Assembly (NCBI GenBank): GCA_965279375.1
Contig: OZ257156.1
Location: 4,672,001-4,736,000 of the forward strand
Reading direction: 5' to 3'
Origin: Gemmatimonas sp.
GTDB lineage: Bacteria > Gemmatimonadota > Gemmatimonadetes > Gemmatimonadales > Gemmatimonadaceae
Length of the DNA: 64,000 bases
Below the pieces are notes generated by a model. That model was not told where the DNA came from, made no database searches, and saw nothing but the letters and a program-made list of their open reading frames with translations. Positions 1-10,800 of the stretch are shown here, in pieces. The stretch's first letter is position 1, and every line of letters starts with the position of its first letter. The translations under genes were made by a program, and so were the position numbers.

Positions 1-1573
1 ATTCCTTCCCCATCTGGTGGAAGCAGTGCGGGCAGAAGGTGACGATCGTGCTGATCGCGTAGCCGTTGAGCGTTTCGATCACGCCCTTGGCAAGCATCTG
101 GTAGAGGTACTCGTTGCCCATGCGACGCGCCGGATCTCCGTGGCAGGTCTCTTCCTGGCCGAGGATCGCAAACTTGACGTTGGCCGCCTGCAGAATGCGC
201 GCGAATGCGACTGTGATCTTCTTGGCGCGATCGTCGAACGAGCCCATGCAGCCGACCCAGAACAGGATGTCGGCCTTCTCGTCGCGCGCGGCCAGCTCGG
301 CCATCGTGGGAATGTCCATCCCTTCCGACCACTTCTCGCGATCGGCCGGGCTGAACGCCCACGGGCTGCCGTTGCGCTCGAGCGACTGCATCGCCGGCTG
401 CAACTCGTCCGGGAAACGCGATTCCATCAACACCAGGTCGCGACGGAGCTCGTTGATGATGTCGAGCTGATCGATCGAGACCGGGCATTCCTGCACGCAG
501 GCGCGGCAGCTGGTGCACGCCCACAATTCATCTTCGGTGATCCAGCCGTCGAGCAGCTTGTGATCGAGAACTGCCACCTGCTCCGTCGTAGGCTCGGCAG
601 TACCGATCACGTCCAGCATCGACGCCTTTTCCGTGAGACGCGCGCGCGTCTTCACGACGATCATGCGCGGCGACAGCACCTTGCCCGTGAGGTTGGCGGG
701 ACACGCCGCCGTGCAACGACCGCACTCCGTGCAGGAGTAGCCGTCGAGGAGATTCTTCCACGACAGATGCTCGACATCCGACGCACCGAACTGCTCGGCG
801 TCTTCCGCCTCGAGATTCATCGGGCGCATCGCGCCGACGGTGCCCGGGCCGCTCGTGTTGGAGAACCACACGTTGATGAGCGACGTGAGCACGTGCAGAT
901 GCTTGGAGCCCGGCAGATGATTCAGGAAGTACAGAATCAGCACTGCGTGGAACCACCACGACGCGCGCGCGATCGTATGCGCCGTCTCTACCGACACGCC
1001 GTTCAAGAGCGACGCGAGCATCCCAGAGATCACGCGGCCGTCTGTGGAGGCACCAACGCGAATCTCCGCCGCAAACAGCAGCAACAGCGACACCATCAAC
1101 GCGGCGATCATGCTCAGGATGAACACCGCATCGCCGCCGTGCACTGGGTCGCCGCTGAAACGCGCCGGTTTGATCACCAACCGACGATAGAGCAGGAAGC
1201 CGACGGGCAACAGTACGAACACCGCGAACAGCTCCTGCGACACGACGTACGGCAGATACAGGAAGCGAGGCAGGATCCAGTCGTAGCTGAATCCTGTCAC
1301 GAGTCCCTGAATCATGATTTCGAGCGTGCCAAGACCCAGCACGCAGAAGCCCCAGAACACGAGGGCGTGCATCATGCCGCCGATCGGATCGCGCAGAATC
1401 TTCGTCTGCCCAATGCCGATGAGCAGGAAGTTCTTCGTGCGCACGTCCGGGTGGTCCGTGCGCACTTCCGGCTTGCCGATGCGCAGCCAGCGGATCAGTC
1501 GTTGCGCGCTGCGGGCAAAGAACCCGAGCGCGACAACGAGAATGACGGCAAAGATTCCGTTGGACAGCGTCAT
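1..1573 (-). CDS. Membrane Fe-S oxidoreductase (FadF/HdrD-like, 4Fe-4S dicluster + CCG domain), runs off left edge
   Basis: Not in the ORF track because it has no stop in the window. Manual minus-strand translation from ATG 1573 gives MTLSNGIFAVILVVALGFF..., CTECGRCTAACP, CTSCRACVQECP, TCHGDPARRMGNEYLYQ and FCPHCFH. Lies directly downstream of etfA. Confidence 0.88.
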   Translation of the reverse strand, partial: MTLSNGIFAVILVVALGFFARSAQRLIRWLRIGKPEVRTDHPDVRTKNFLLIGIGQTKILRDPIGGMMHALVFWGFCVLGLGTLEIMIQGLVTGFSYDWILPRFLYLPYVVSQELFAVFVLLPVGFLLYRRLVIKPARFSGDPVHGGDAVFILSMIAALMVSLLLLFAAEIRVGASTDGRVISGMLASLLNGVSVETAHTIARASWWFHAVLILYFLNHLPGSKHLHVLTSLINVWFSNTSGPGTVGAMRPMNLEAEDAEQFGASDVEHLSWKNLLDGYSCTECGRCTAACPANLTGKVLSPRMIVVKTRARLTEKASMLDVIGTAEPTTEQVAVLDHKLLDGWITEDELWACTSCRACVQECPVSIDQLDIINELRRDLVLMESRFPDELQPAMQSLERNGSPWAFSPADREKWSEGMDIPTMAELAARDEKADILFWVGCMGSFDDRAKKITVAFARILQAANVKFAILGQEETCHGDPARRMGNEYLYQMLAKGVIETLNGYAISTIVTFCPHCFHQMGKE

Positions 1574-1581
1574 GCGGATTG

Positions 1582-2571
1582 CTATCCCTGCGACTTGGCG
1601 GCCTTCACGGCAGCGGTCAGCGCAGGCATCACTTCAAAGACGTCGCCCACAATGCCGTAGTCAGCGATCTTGAAGATCGGTGCATCCTTGTCCTTGTTGA
1701 TCGCGACGATCGTCTTGGACGTGCGCATGCCGGCGAGATGCTGAATCGCGCCAGAGATGCCGACGGCGATGTACAGGTTCGGGCTGACGTTGCGTCCGGT
1801 CTGGCCGATCTGGTCCGAATGCGGGCGCCACCCTTCGTCGGTCACGGCGCGCGTCGCACCAACCGCTGCGTTGCCAAAGGCATCAGCGAGATCGTCGCAC
1901 AGCTTGAAGTTCTCGGGTGCCTTGAGACCACGACCGCCCGCCACGATAACCGGCGCATCGCCGAGATCGAGCTTGCCCGTGCCACCGGTGCGAAGCTCCG
2001 TTACTTTCACGCGCGAGGCGCTCGGATCGGTCGCCGAGGTGATGCTCTCCGTCACGAGCGGGCGGGCATCAGCCGTTGGCTGGAACGCGCTTGGACGCAC
2101 CGAGATAAGCGCCGGTGCGGCACCCAACGCCAGCGTCGCGATCACCTTTCCGTTGTTGATCGGGTGCGTGGCGACGATCGCGCCGCCGTCCACCACAAAG
2201 CCCGTCGCGTCGGCGATGAGTCCCGTGCCCAACTTGGCCGCCACACGCGGCGACAGATCACGTCCCTGCGCCGTCGCGCTGAACAGCGCGTATGCGTACG
2301 TGCCGCTCCCCAAGCGCTGCGCCAGCGTGGCCGCGAGCGCTTCCGGGTTGTACTGCGTGAAGCCCGCATGCTCGAGCACGAGCACACTGTCCGCGCCATG
2401 CTCGGCGAGCGCACCAGCCTTGGCCGAAATGCCTGCAGCGCCCGCGAGCACCGCGTGCACGCTGCCACCACCCGAGAGCTCGGCGAGCTTGCGCGCTGCT
2501 GTCACCGCTTCGAGTGCGACCTTGCGCAGCTCACCGCCGCGCGTTTCTGCAAATACGAGAACGTTGGCCAT
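1582..2571 (-). CDS. etfA: Electron transfer flavoprotein alpha subunit
   Basis: VIVAGGRG, VGATRAVTD, QIGQTG, LYIAVGISGAIQHLAGM, INKDKDAPIF. Confidence 0.97.
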   Translation of the reverse strand: MANVLVFAETRGGELRKVALEAVTAARKLAELSGGGSVHAVLAGAAGISAKAGALAEHGADSVLVLEHAGFTQYNPEALAATLAQRLGSGTYAYALFSATAQGRDLSPRVAAKLGTGLIADATGFVVDGGAIVATHPINNGKVIATLALGAAPALISVRPSAFQPTADARPLVTESITSATDPSASRVKVTELRTGGTGKLDLGDAPVIVAGGRGLKAPENFKLCDDLADAFGNAAVGATRAVTDEGWRPHSDQIGQTGRNVSPNLYIAVGISGAIQHLAGMRTSKTIVAINKDKDAPIFKIADYGIVGDVFEVMPALTAAVKAAKSQG

Positions 2572-2573
2572 GG

Positions 2574-3326
2574 TCAGAGCACCTTCGCTTCAGTCTGAAG
2601 AAGACGAACGAGTTCCGGCACCGCCGCCGAACTGTCGCCAAGAATGCGACCAGCCGCACGCTCGGCCGGGAGCTCCATCTTGCGCACGGAGACCTGCTCC
2701 GCGCCCAACTGCGCCGGCTTCACGTCGAGCGGCTTCTTCTTGGCCGCCATGATGCCCTTGAGCGACGGGAGTCGCTCCTTGTTCAAACCGTCATCGATCG
2801 TGAGCAGCGCGGGGAGCGGGAACTCCACGACTTCGATCGCGCCATCGAGCGCACGTTCGGCCGTACCGCGTCCGTTCGCGAGATCGAGCTTGAAGACGTT
2901 GGTGACGCACGGCAGGTCGAGCAGCTCGGCGACCATCGGGCCCGTCATCTGGTTCATCGTGTCGATGGAGATGCGACCAAACAGGACGAGATCGTAACCG
3001 CCCTCCTTGATCTCCGCGGCCAGCGCGCGCGCGACGGCAAAGCCATCGTGCGTGGGCGCGTCGCTCTTGAGCAACACACCGCGGTCGGCGCCCATCGCGA
3101 GCGTCTTGCGGATCTGCTCCTGCGCGGCGTCGCTGCCGAGCGTGATGACCGTGACTTCACCGGCGCCCGCCTTTTCCTTCAGCTGCAGCGCGGCCTCGAC
3201 GGCCCACAGGTCGAAATCGTTCACATCGTACTTCAGTCCCGTTTCGTCAACACGGGTGCCGTCAGCGGTGATGGCGAACTTCACTTCCATCACCGGGACG
3301 CGCTTGATGCACACGGCAATCTTCAC
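2574..3326 (-). CDS. etfB: Electron transfer flavoprotein beta subunit
   Basis: GTG start KIAVCIKRVP; WAVEAALQLKE, LAMGADRG, ERLPSLKGIMAAKKKP; adjacent to etfA. Confidence 0.96.
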   Translation of the reverse strand: MKIAVCIKRVPVMEVKFAITADGTRVDETGLKYDVNDFDLWAVEAALQLKEKAGAGEVTVITLGSDAAQEQIRKTLAMGADRGVLLKSDAPTHDGFAVARALAAEIKEGGYDLVLFGRISIDTMNQMTGPMVAELLDLPCVTNVFKLDLANGRGTAERALDGAIEVVEFPLPALLTIDDGLNKERLPSLKGIMAAKKKPLDVKPAQLGAEQVSVRKMELPAERAAGRILGDSSAAVPELVRLLQTEAKVL

Positions 3327-3483
3327 CGCGGTCGCTCCGTCAGAAGGGCCAAGAGGTAGGGTAACGACGGAAGCTAGACCGGCGCGGTGGCGTGGGCAAT
3401 GTGACGCCACCGTCGGGTTTGGGCATTGCTTTTCCGGGTGGGCACGCGAGCCGCCGTCCCCACCCGGGCGATACGCTCCGCCC

Positions 3484-4722
3484 CTACTTGAACGCGCTCA
3501 GTCCCGTGATCGCCTGGCCGAGGATCAGCGAGTGCACGTCGTGCGTGCCTTCGTAGGTGTAGACGCTCTCCAGATTGGCCATGTGACGCAGGGCGCCGTA
3601 CTCCGCGAGGATTCCGTTGCCGCCCAGGAGTCGGCGCGTTTCGCGCGCGATGTCGGTGGCGATGTCCACGTTGTTGCGCTTGGCCAGCGACACCTGCACC
3701 GGCGTGAAGTTGCCGGCGTCCTTGAGGCGACCCAAGTGCAGCGCGAGCAGCTGCCCCTTCACGATTTCCGTGAGCATGTCGGCGAGACGCACCTGCTGGA
3801 TCTGGAAGCCGCCGATCGGGCGATCAAACATCACGCGCGACTTGCTGTAGGAAACCGCCTCCTCGAAGCAGGCGAGCGCCGCACCGATCACGCCCCACGA
3901 GATGCCGTAGCGCGCTTGCGTGAGGCACATGAGCGGGCTCTTGAGCCCCTTGGATTCGGGGAGCAGCGCGTCGGCCGGCAGATGCACGTCGGCGAAAACG
4001 AGTTCCGACGTGTCGCTCGCACGCAACGACAGCTTGCCCTTCTGATCGCGCGCGGTGAAGCCGGGCGACTTGGTATCGACGATGAAGCCGCGAATGGAGG
4101 AGTCTTCTTCGCTGTCACCCGTCTTGGCCCACACGATGGCGATGTGCGCCATCGAGCCATTGGTGATCCACATCTTCGCGCCGTTGAGAATCCACGTGCC
4201 GTCGGCCTGCTGCCGTGCGCGTGTGATCATCCCCGACGGATTGGACCCGTAGTCAGGCTCGGTCAGTCCGAAACAGCCGATGAGTTCGGCCTTGGCGAGC
4301 TTGGGCAGATAGTGGCGCTTCTGCGCTTCGGAGCCAAACGCGAAGATCGGATACATGACGAGAGCGCCCTGCACCGAGGCGAACGAGCGAATGCCCGAGT
4401 CGCCGCGCTCGAGTTCCTGCATGATGAGTCCATACGCGACGCTCGAGAGCCCAGCGCAGCCGTACTCTTCGGGGAGCGAAGCGCCGAGGACGCCGAGCTC
4501 GGCGAGTTCGGGGATCAGCTCGGTGGGAAAGCGCCCGTCGACATAGCACTTGCCAATGATTGGCAGGATTTTCTCATCGACGAATGCGCGAATCGTCGCG
4601 CGAATCGCGCGCTCTTCTTCGGTGAGCGCCGCGTCGATGTTGAACAGGTCGGCAGGGTTTGCCGTGAGTTCGACAGACGGGAGCGCGGGGATCGCGGCAG
4701 CGGTCAGCAGATCAGTCGCCAT
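3484..4722 (-). CDS. Acyl-CoA dehydrogenase (glutaryl-CoA dehydrogenase-like)
   Basis: ELERGDSGIRS, GCFGLTEPDYGSNP, GAKMWITN, TYEGTHDVHSLILG. Start at 4722 or 4731. Confidence 0.92.
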   Translation of the reverse strand: MATDLLTAAAIPALPSVELTANPADLFNIDAALTEEERAIRATIRAFVDEKILPIIGKCYVDGRFPTELIPELAELGVLGASLPEEYGCAGLSSVAYGLIMQELERGDSGIRSFASVQGALVMYPIFAFGSEAQKRHYLPKLAKAELIGCFGLTEPDYGSNPSGMITRARQQADGTWILNGAKMWITNGSMAHIAIVWAKTGDSEEDSSIRGFIVDTKSPGFTARDQKGKLSLRASDTSELVFADVHLPADALLPESKGLKSPLMCLTQARYGISWGVIGAALACFEEAVSYSKSRVMFDRPIGGFQIQQVRLADMLTEIVKGQLLALHLGRLKDAGNFTPVQVSLAKRNNVDIATDIARETRRLLGGNGILAEYGALRHMANLESVYTYEGTHDVHSLILGQAITGLSAFK

Positions 4723-4881
4723 GGGATTCATGCCCTGCAGGTGGGAGTGCAAATCGAGACGTCGGAAATGTAGCAAGCCGTCCACCAATGTGTTGCACGC
4801 ACGCTTCACGGATTGACAGGGCTCTTTCGAGGCATGGAATTCCTCCCACGAATATTCTTGGCTCCCCATCCGAGGCGTACG

Positions 4882-7704
4882 ATGCGACGTTTTTTCACGG
4901 CGATGGCCGTTCCGATTTTTCTTGCCGCATGCAGCAGTGGCGGTGATTCCGGTGGAGTGACACCGCCCCCTCCTGCGACGCCGAGTATCGGCGTGTCACT
5001 CGCGGCGTCCTCGTCGTCGGTGAATGCAGGAAGTGCCGCGACCACCACCGTGACGCTCACGCGTACCAACTTCACTGGGGCCGTCAACCTGACGGCGACC
5101 GGGATGCCGACCGGTGTGACGGCATCGTTCACGCCGGCGCAGTTGAGTGGCGCGACGACGAGTGCGTCGGTGTCGTTTGATGTTGGCGCGACGGCGGCCG
5201 CCGGCACGTCCACGATCACGGTGCGCGCGAACGGTACCGGTGTGAGTGAGGCCACGGCGACGTATTCGCTCACGATCGCCGCGCAGACCATCACGTTGAC
5301 CGCCGGCAGCGCCACGATTGCCGCAGTGCAGGGTGCGACGGTCACTGTGCCGCTGACGCTTGCGCGCGCGGGTGGATTCGCGGGTGCAGTGAGTCTGACG
5401 GCGTCTGGTGCGCCGACAGGCGTCACGGCCACGCTCACGCCCGCCTCGTTGGCGGCAGGTGTGACGAGCAGCACGCTGTCGTTGGCGGTTGCATCGACGG
5501 CCGCGGCGGGCACGTCCACGATCACGATCAGTGCCGCCGGCACCGGCGTGGCCACGCAGACGGCGACGGTGGCGTTGACGATCACCGCGGCGACCGCGCC
5601 CGATTACTCGCTCACCGCTGCACCCGCCGCATTGTCCGTGGTCGCTGGACAGACGGGGACGAGCGCACTCACGGTAGCGCGCATTGGTGGCTTCGCGGGC
5701 AACGTCACGCTCGCGCTCGAAGGCGCACCGGCTGGTGTCGCGGGTGTCTTTGCGCCGAACCCGGCGACGGCCGGCACTTCGACGCTGACCATCACGACGA
5801 CGTCGGCCACCGCGCCGGGCACGTACAACCTGACGGTACGCGGCACGGCCACTGGTGTCGCCGATCGCACGACGACGATCGCGCTCACCGTCACGCCTAC
5901 GCCAAGCATCACCGTCGCGGTGGGATCTGCAGCGCTCTCCGTGGCGGCGGGCGCCAATGCCACGAATCCGATAACCATCACGCGCGCTGGCGGCTTTGCG
6001 GGTGATGTCTCGCTCACGTTGTCGGGCGCACCGAGCGGCGTCACGGGCGTGTTCACGCCAGCCAACGTTGCGGCGGGCAGCACGACGTCATCCTTGGCAC
6101 TGACAGTGGGTGCCGCGACGGCGCTGGGCAGCTACACGCTGACAGTCAACGCCACCGGTACCGGCGTGGCTGCCAAGACGGCGACGATCGCGCTCACGGT
6201 CACCGCGGCGGCACCGGTGGCCAACTACACGCTCTCGGCCAGCAGCGTGTCGGCGCAGCAGGGCGCGACGGGCACGAGCACGGTGACGATCACGCGCACC
6301 GGCGGATTTGCGGGCGCGGTGAATCTCGCGGTGAGTGGACTGCCGAGTGGCGTGACGGCGACGTTTAACCCGGCGTCGGCGACGGGCAATTCGTCGTCGT
6401 TGTCGCTGGCGGTGGCATCGAGCGTGGCGACCGGTACGTACTCCGGCACGATCACGGGTACGGCGACGGGGCTGGCGAACGTGACGACGCCGGTGAGCCT
6501 GACGGTGACGAGCGGCAACTCGGGCGGCGGTGGCAACATCGCCTTCCGCTTCTGCGGTCAGAGCCCGGTGCCGGTGTTCTTCGCGTATCGCAACGGATCG
6601 ACCGGCAGCTGGACCGCGGTGTCGCCGAGTGCGAACAACACGTTCAGCTTCTCGCTCTCGGCGTCGACGGGTCAGGTGGCGTATGTGACCTCGACGGGTA
6701 CGAACTCGGTGCAGGTGAACGTGCAGAGCTACGCCGCGAGTGAGTTCCCGGGCATTGCCACCAACCAGTGTGGCGGTGCGTTGGGCAACAAGACTGTCAC
6801 CGGTACGGTAGCAGGGCTCGCTGCCGGGCAGTCCGCGACGATCTCGTTGGGCAACGGGTCCACCACCGTTTCGGCGAACGGTTCGTTCACCATCACAAAC
6901 GCGACCGATGGCAACACCGATCTCGTGGCGACGCGCTCGGGTCTCAACTTCACGACCTTCTCGCAGGCGACGGACAAGTTCATCCTCCGGCGCAACATCA
7001 ACCCGGCCGCCGGTGGCTCGATCGGCGCAACGCTCGACTTCGGATCCGCAGAAGCGGTAAATCCTGCAACGACGACGGGAACCGTCACGAATACTGCGGG
7101 TGAAGCTGTGATCGGACAGGTCTCGTTCCAGACGGCGAACGGCGGCTTCGGCGCCTTCTTCAGCCTCGGCGCCGTGCAGACGTCGCCGGTCACGCTGCTC
7201 GGCGTGCCGAGCAACCTGACGCAGTCGGGAGACTTCCACCTTACGTTGATCTCGGCTTCGGGTACGAACACCGTCGGCCCGATCAACTCGCGCACGGTCA
7301 CCCAGTACAACCGCGACCTCGCCGCGCGCTCGCTCACGCTCGGACCGCTCCTCAACGCGCCAACGATCACGACGGTCGGCTCCTCGCCGTATGCCCGTAT
7401 CCGAGTGCAGGGATCGTGGCAGACCGAGTACAGCGACCAAGTGACCATGGGCTTCGGGCAGTCCAACGGACGGACGTGGGCACTCACGGCATCACGCAAT
7501 TTCTTTGGCGGCGGAGCCGCTCAGTACGACCTCGAAATCCCGGACCTCAGCGGCGTTGCCGGCTTCAGCAACGCCTGGGGACTTTCCGTCGGAGCATCGA
7601 CCGTCTCCAGCCTAAGCGCGTACAACGGCTACTCGGGACTGACAACGATTCTCGAGGGATCGATCTTCCGCATCGGCACGCGCACCGTGACGATCACCCC
7701 GTAA
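4882..7704 (+). CDS. Large surface lipoprotein with five tandem ~100-aa Thr/Ala/Ser/Gly-rich beta-sandwich (Ig-like) repeats and a distinct C-terminal domain
   Basis: Signal peptide with lipobox FLAA-C-SSGG. Recurring unit (R)xGGFAGxVxLxxSGxPxGVTxxF/LxP...GTxTxTVxxxGTG occurs five times, then a GNSGGGG linker. Confidence 0.85.
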   Translation: MRRFFTAMAVPIFLAACSSGGDSGGVTPPPPATPSIGVSLAASSSSVNAGSAATTTVTLTRTNFTGAVNLTATGMPTGVTASFTPAQLSGATTSASVSFDVGATAAAGTSTITVRANGTGVSEATATYSLTIAAQTITLTAGSATIAAVQGATVTVPLTLARAGGFAGAVSLTASGAPTGVTATLTPASLAAGVTSSTLSLAVASTAAAGTSTITISAAGTGVATQTATVALTITAATAPDYSLTAAPAALSVVAGQTGTSALTVARIGGFAGNVTLALEGAPAGVAGVFAPNPATAGTSTLTITTTSATAPGTYNLTVRGTATGVADRTTTIALTVTPTPSITVAVGSAALSVAAGANATNPITITRAGGFAGDVSLTLSGAPSGVTGVFTPANVAAGSTTSSLALTVGAATALGSYTLTVNATGTGVAAKTATIALTVTAAAPVANYTLSASSVSAQQGATGTSTVTITRTGGFAGAVNLAVSGLPSGVTATFNPASATGNSSSLSLAVASSVATGTYSGTITGTATGLANVTTPVSLTVTSGNSGGGGNIAFRFCGQSPVPVFFAYRNGSTGSWTAVSPSANNTFSFSLSASTGQVAYVTSTGTNSVQVNVQSYAASEFPGIATNQCGGALGNKTVTGTVAGLAAGQSATISLGNGSTTVSANGSFTITNATDGNTDLVATRSGLNFTTFSQATDKFILRRNINPAAGGSIGATLDFGSAEAVNPATTTGTVTNTAGEAVIGQVSFQTANGGFGAFFSLGAVQTSPVTLLGVPSNLTQSGDFHLTLISASGTNTVGPINSRTVTQYNRDLAARSLTLGPLLNAPTITTVGSSPYARIRVQGSWQTEYSDQVTMGFGQSNGRTWALTASRNFFGGGAAQYDLEIPDLSGVAGFSNAWGLSVGASTVSSLSAYNGYSGLTTILEGSIFRIGTRTVTITP

Positions 7705-7770
7705 CGGCAACACGGCCTCGCCGCCGCCGCGGCGAGGCCCCCACGCCCCGTCCCGCCTTCCCCACAACCC

Positions 7771-7813
7771 AACACGCCTCCGGTCCTTTCCCGACCGGAG
7801 GCGTGTTCGGTTT
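7771..7813 (+). terminator. Intrinsic terminator-like hairpin after the lipoprotein gene
   Basis: Perfect 15-bp stem AACACGCCTCCGGTC (7771-7785) / GACCGGAGGCGTGTT (7793-7807), 7-nt loop, short T tract. A second GC hairpin lies at ~7714-7739. Confidence 0.7.
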
Positions 7814-7856
7814 AACCCGCTCTTGACCGTCTCTTTGCGCCGTCCTAAGGTGGCGA

Positions 7857-10800
7857 ATGAGACTTCTGGTCCAGCACCAAAGCACGTGGGCGTACCCCAC
7901 ACCGGCCGCACTTGGGCCCCATCTGATCCGCCTCGCGCCCGCCAGCCATACGAAGGCTCGGATCGAGACCTTCGGCCTCAACGTCGGCCCCACCGCCGGC
8001 GATATCCGCTGGCAACAGGACCCCTACGGCAACAAGGTCGCGCGCCTCACCTACCCCGCCGGCACTCGCGTGCCCGCGCTTCAGGTGGGCATCGAGTTCA
8101 CCTGCGAGGTCAAGCCGGTCAACCCGTTCGATTTCTTCGTCGATGACCGCTGCAAGGAAGCGCCCTTTGCCTATCCCGCCGAGCTGCAGCCCGACCTCGC
8201 CCCGTTTCTCGACCTGCGCGACGCGTCGTTAACCGGTGGCCCGAAGCTCGACGCGTTTCTAGACGCGCTCCCCCGCGATGGCGACACCGTCCAACTCGTC
8301 GTCGCCCTCAACGAGGCGGTCAATCGCGTCACGCGCTACGTCATTCGCGAAGAGGCGGGCATCTGGACGCCGGAAGAAACGCTCACGAACGGCCGCGGCA
8401 GCTGTCGCGACTCCGCCGTGCTGCTCATCGCCGCGCTCCGCTCCCGCGGACTCGCCGCGCGCTTCGTCAGCGGATACCTGATTCAGCTCACCGACGAAGG
8501 CATGATCCCCGGCGCGCCCAAGGGCGTCTCGCGGGACGTCGTCGATCTGCACGCGTGGGCCGAGGTCTTCATTCCAGGCGGCGGCTGGATCGGTCTCGAT
8601 GCCACAAGCGGACTGCTGTGCGGCGAAGGACACATCCCCCTCGCCTGCACCGCCACGCCGCCGCTCGCCGCGCCGGTCGAAGGCACGAGCGACACGCAGG
8701 CCGAGGGCGTCAGCTTCACAATGCGCATCGAGCGGCTGGGCCACGAGCCGCAGCCCACGCGCCCGTACGAAGAGTCGGTGTGGGAAGCGCTGCTGGCCGC
8801 CGGCGATCGTGCCGACGAGGCACTGCGCGCTGCCGGCCTCACGATGACGATGGGCGGCGAGCCGACGTTCAACGGGCGCGACAACCCGTCGTATCCCGAA
8901 TGGAACGGTGATGCACTGGGCCCCGACAAAACCAAGGTCGGTCGCCGCTTTGCCGCCGGTCTCGTCGAGCGACTCGCGCCCGGCGGCATCATCATGGAGC
9001 GCGTTGGCAAGCAGTATCCCGGCGAGAGTCTGCCGCGCTGGGCGCTCGACATCATCGGCCGACGCGACAGGCGCCCCATCTGGCGTGGCCCCACGCTGGT
9101 CGACCCCACCGGCGCCACCACGGCCGACGCCACGCGCTTCGCTGCCACACTCGCCGGCCGCCTCGGACTCGGCCGCTTCGTCATTGCCGCCTACGAAGAC
9201 CCGTGGCGCGCCCTGCAGGACGAAGCCAACCTCCCCATCGACGTCGATCCGCGTACCGCCAAGCTCACCGACTCGGAAGAGCGCCGACGTCTCGCACGCC
9301 TGCTCGATCGTGGCATCAACACCGAAGTGGGATACGTGCTGCCGCTCACGCGCTTTGAAGGCGCATGGGTGAGTGATCGATGGACGTTCCGTCGCGGCAA
9401 TTGCTTTCTGCTGCCCGGCGACGGACCGATGGGGCTGCGCTTGCCGCTGCAGTCGCTCACGGCCGCATGGGTGGCCGCGCCAACAGAAGCCTCGCTCGAC
9501 GCGCCCGATCCGCGACGCGAGGCCGCACTCAAGGCCGAAGACGAACGACAAGCGCGTTTACGCGCGGCGTTGCAGCGCGTGATTCAAACGCAGCGCGAAG
9601 GTAGCCGACAGACGCAGAGTTCCGTTGGCATCATTGGTGGCACAGTGGTGCAAGGAGCCACGGTGCGCACCGCGCTCTGTGTGGAGGCACGCGATGGTGC
9701 ACTGCGCGTCTTCTTTCCGCCGCTCGAAACGCTCGACGATTTCCTCGCGCTGCTGTCCGCGGTCGATCGCACGTCGCAAGACCTTGGCTTGCCAGTCGCG
9801 CTCGAAGGCTATCCGCCGCCGTCGTCCAACGAGCTGCAGAAGTTCTGCATCACCCCCGACCCCGGAGTGCTGGAGGTCGCACTCACACCCGTCACGAGCG
9901 TGCGTGAACATGCGGCCCTCGTGGACACGGTGTTTGACGTCGCGTTGCATGCGGGGCTACACAGCGAGAAGTATCTGCTCGACGGTCGCATGGCCGGCAG
10001 CGGCGGTGGCAATCACATCACCTTCGGTGGACCGGAGCCGCTCCAAAGCCCCTTCCTGTCGCGCCCTGATCTGCTGGCGAGTCTGCTCACCTTCCTGCAG
10101 CACCATCCGTCGCTGTCGTACATGTTCTCGGGGCTGTTCGTCGGCCCCACGTCCGAAGCGCCGCGCGTGGATGAAGCGCGACACGACGCGCTGTACGAAC
10201 TCGAGATCGCGCTCGACCGCGCGCACGATCGCTCGCAGCCCACGCCCACGTGGCTGACGGACCTCCTGTTCCGTCATCTCCTCGTCGACGTGGCCGGCAA
10301 CACGCACCGCGCCGAGCTCTCGATCGACAAACTCTTCGATCCCAACACGCCGTACGGCCGACAGGGTATCATCGAGATGCGCGCCTTCGAAATGCCGCCG
10401 CACCCGCGAATGATCACGGCGCAGGCGCTGCTGCTGCGCTCACTGCTCGCGAGCTTCGCGCACGAGCCGTATCAGGCGCCGCTGGTGCGCTGGGGACAGA
10501 CGCTGCATGACAAGTTTTTGCTCCCCACGTTTCTCTGGCGCGATTTCGAAGACGTGCTGGGGTTTCTCGACGCGCGCGGCTTCCCGCTTCCTGTCGATGG
10601 CTACAAGCCGTTCGTCGATCTGCGCTGTCCGCTGGTGGGCACACTCGACGCGGGCGACATCGTCCTCGAAGTGCGCAACGCCATCGAGCCTTGGCCGGTG
10701 CTTGGCGAAGAAGCGACACCAACCGGCACGTCGCGCTACGTCGATTCGTCGATGGAGCGCATCGAAGTACGGCTGCGTGGTGCGGTCGCCGAGCGCCACG

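Noticed and set aside
17..1660. 547-aa plus-strand ORF
   Set aside because: Antisense shadow of the minus-strand Fe-S oxidoreductase, which carries the recognisable motifs.
3434..3467. Hairpin between the acyl-CoA dehydrogenase and etfB as a riboswitch or terminator
   Set aside because: Only a 9-bp stem, with no T tract on the coding strand and no recognisable riboswitch motif.
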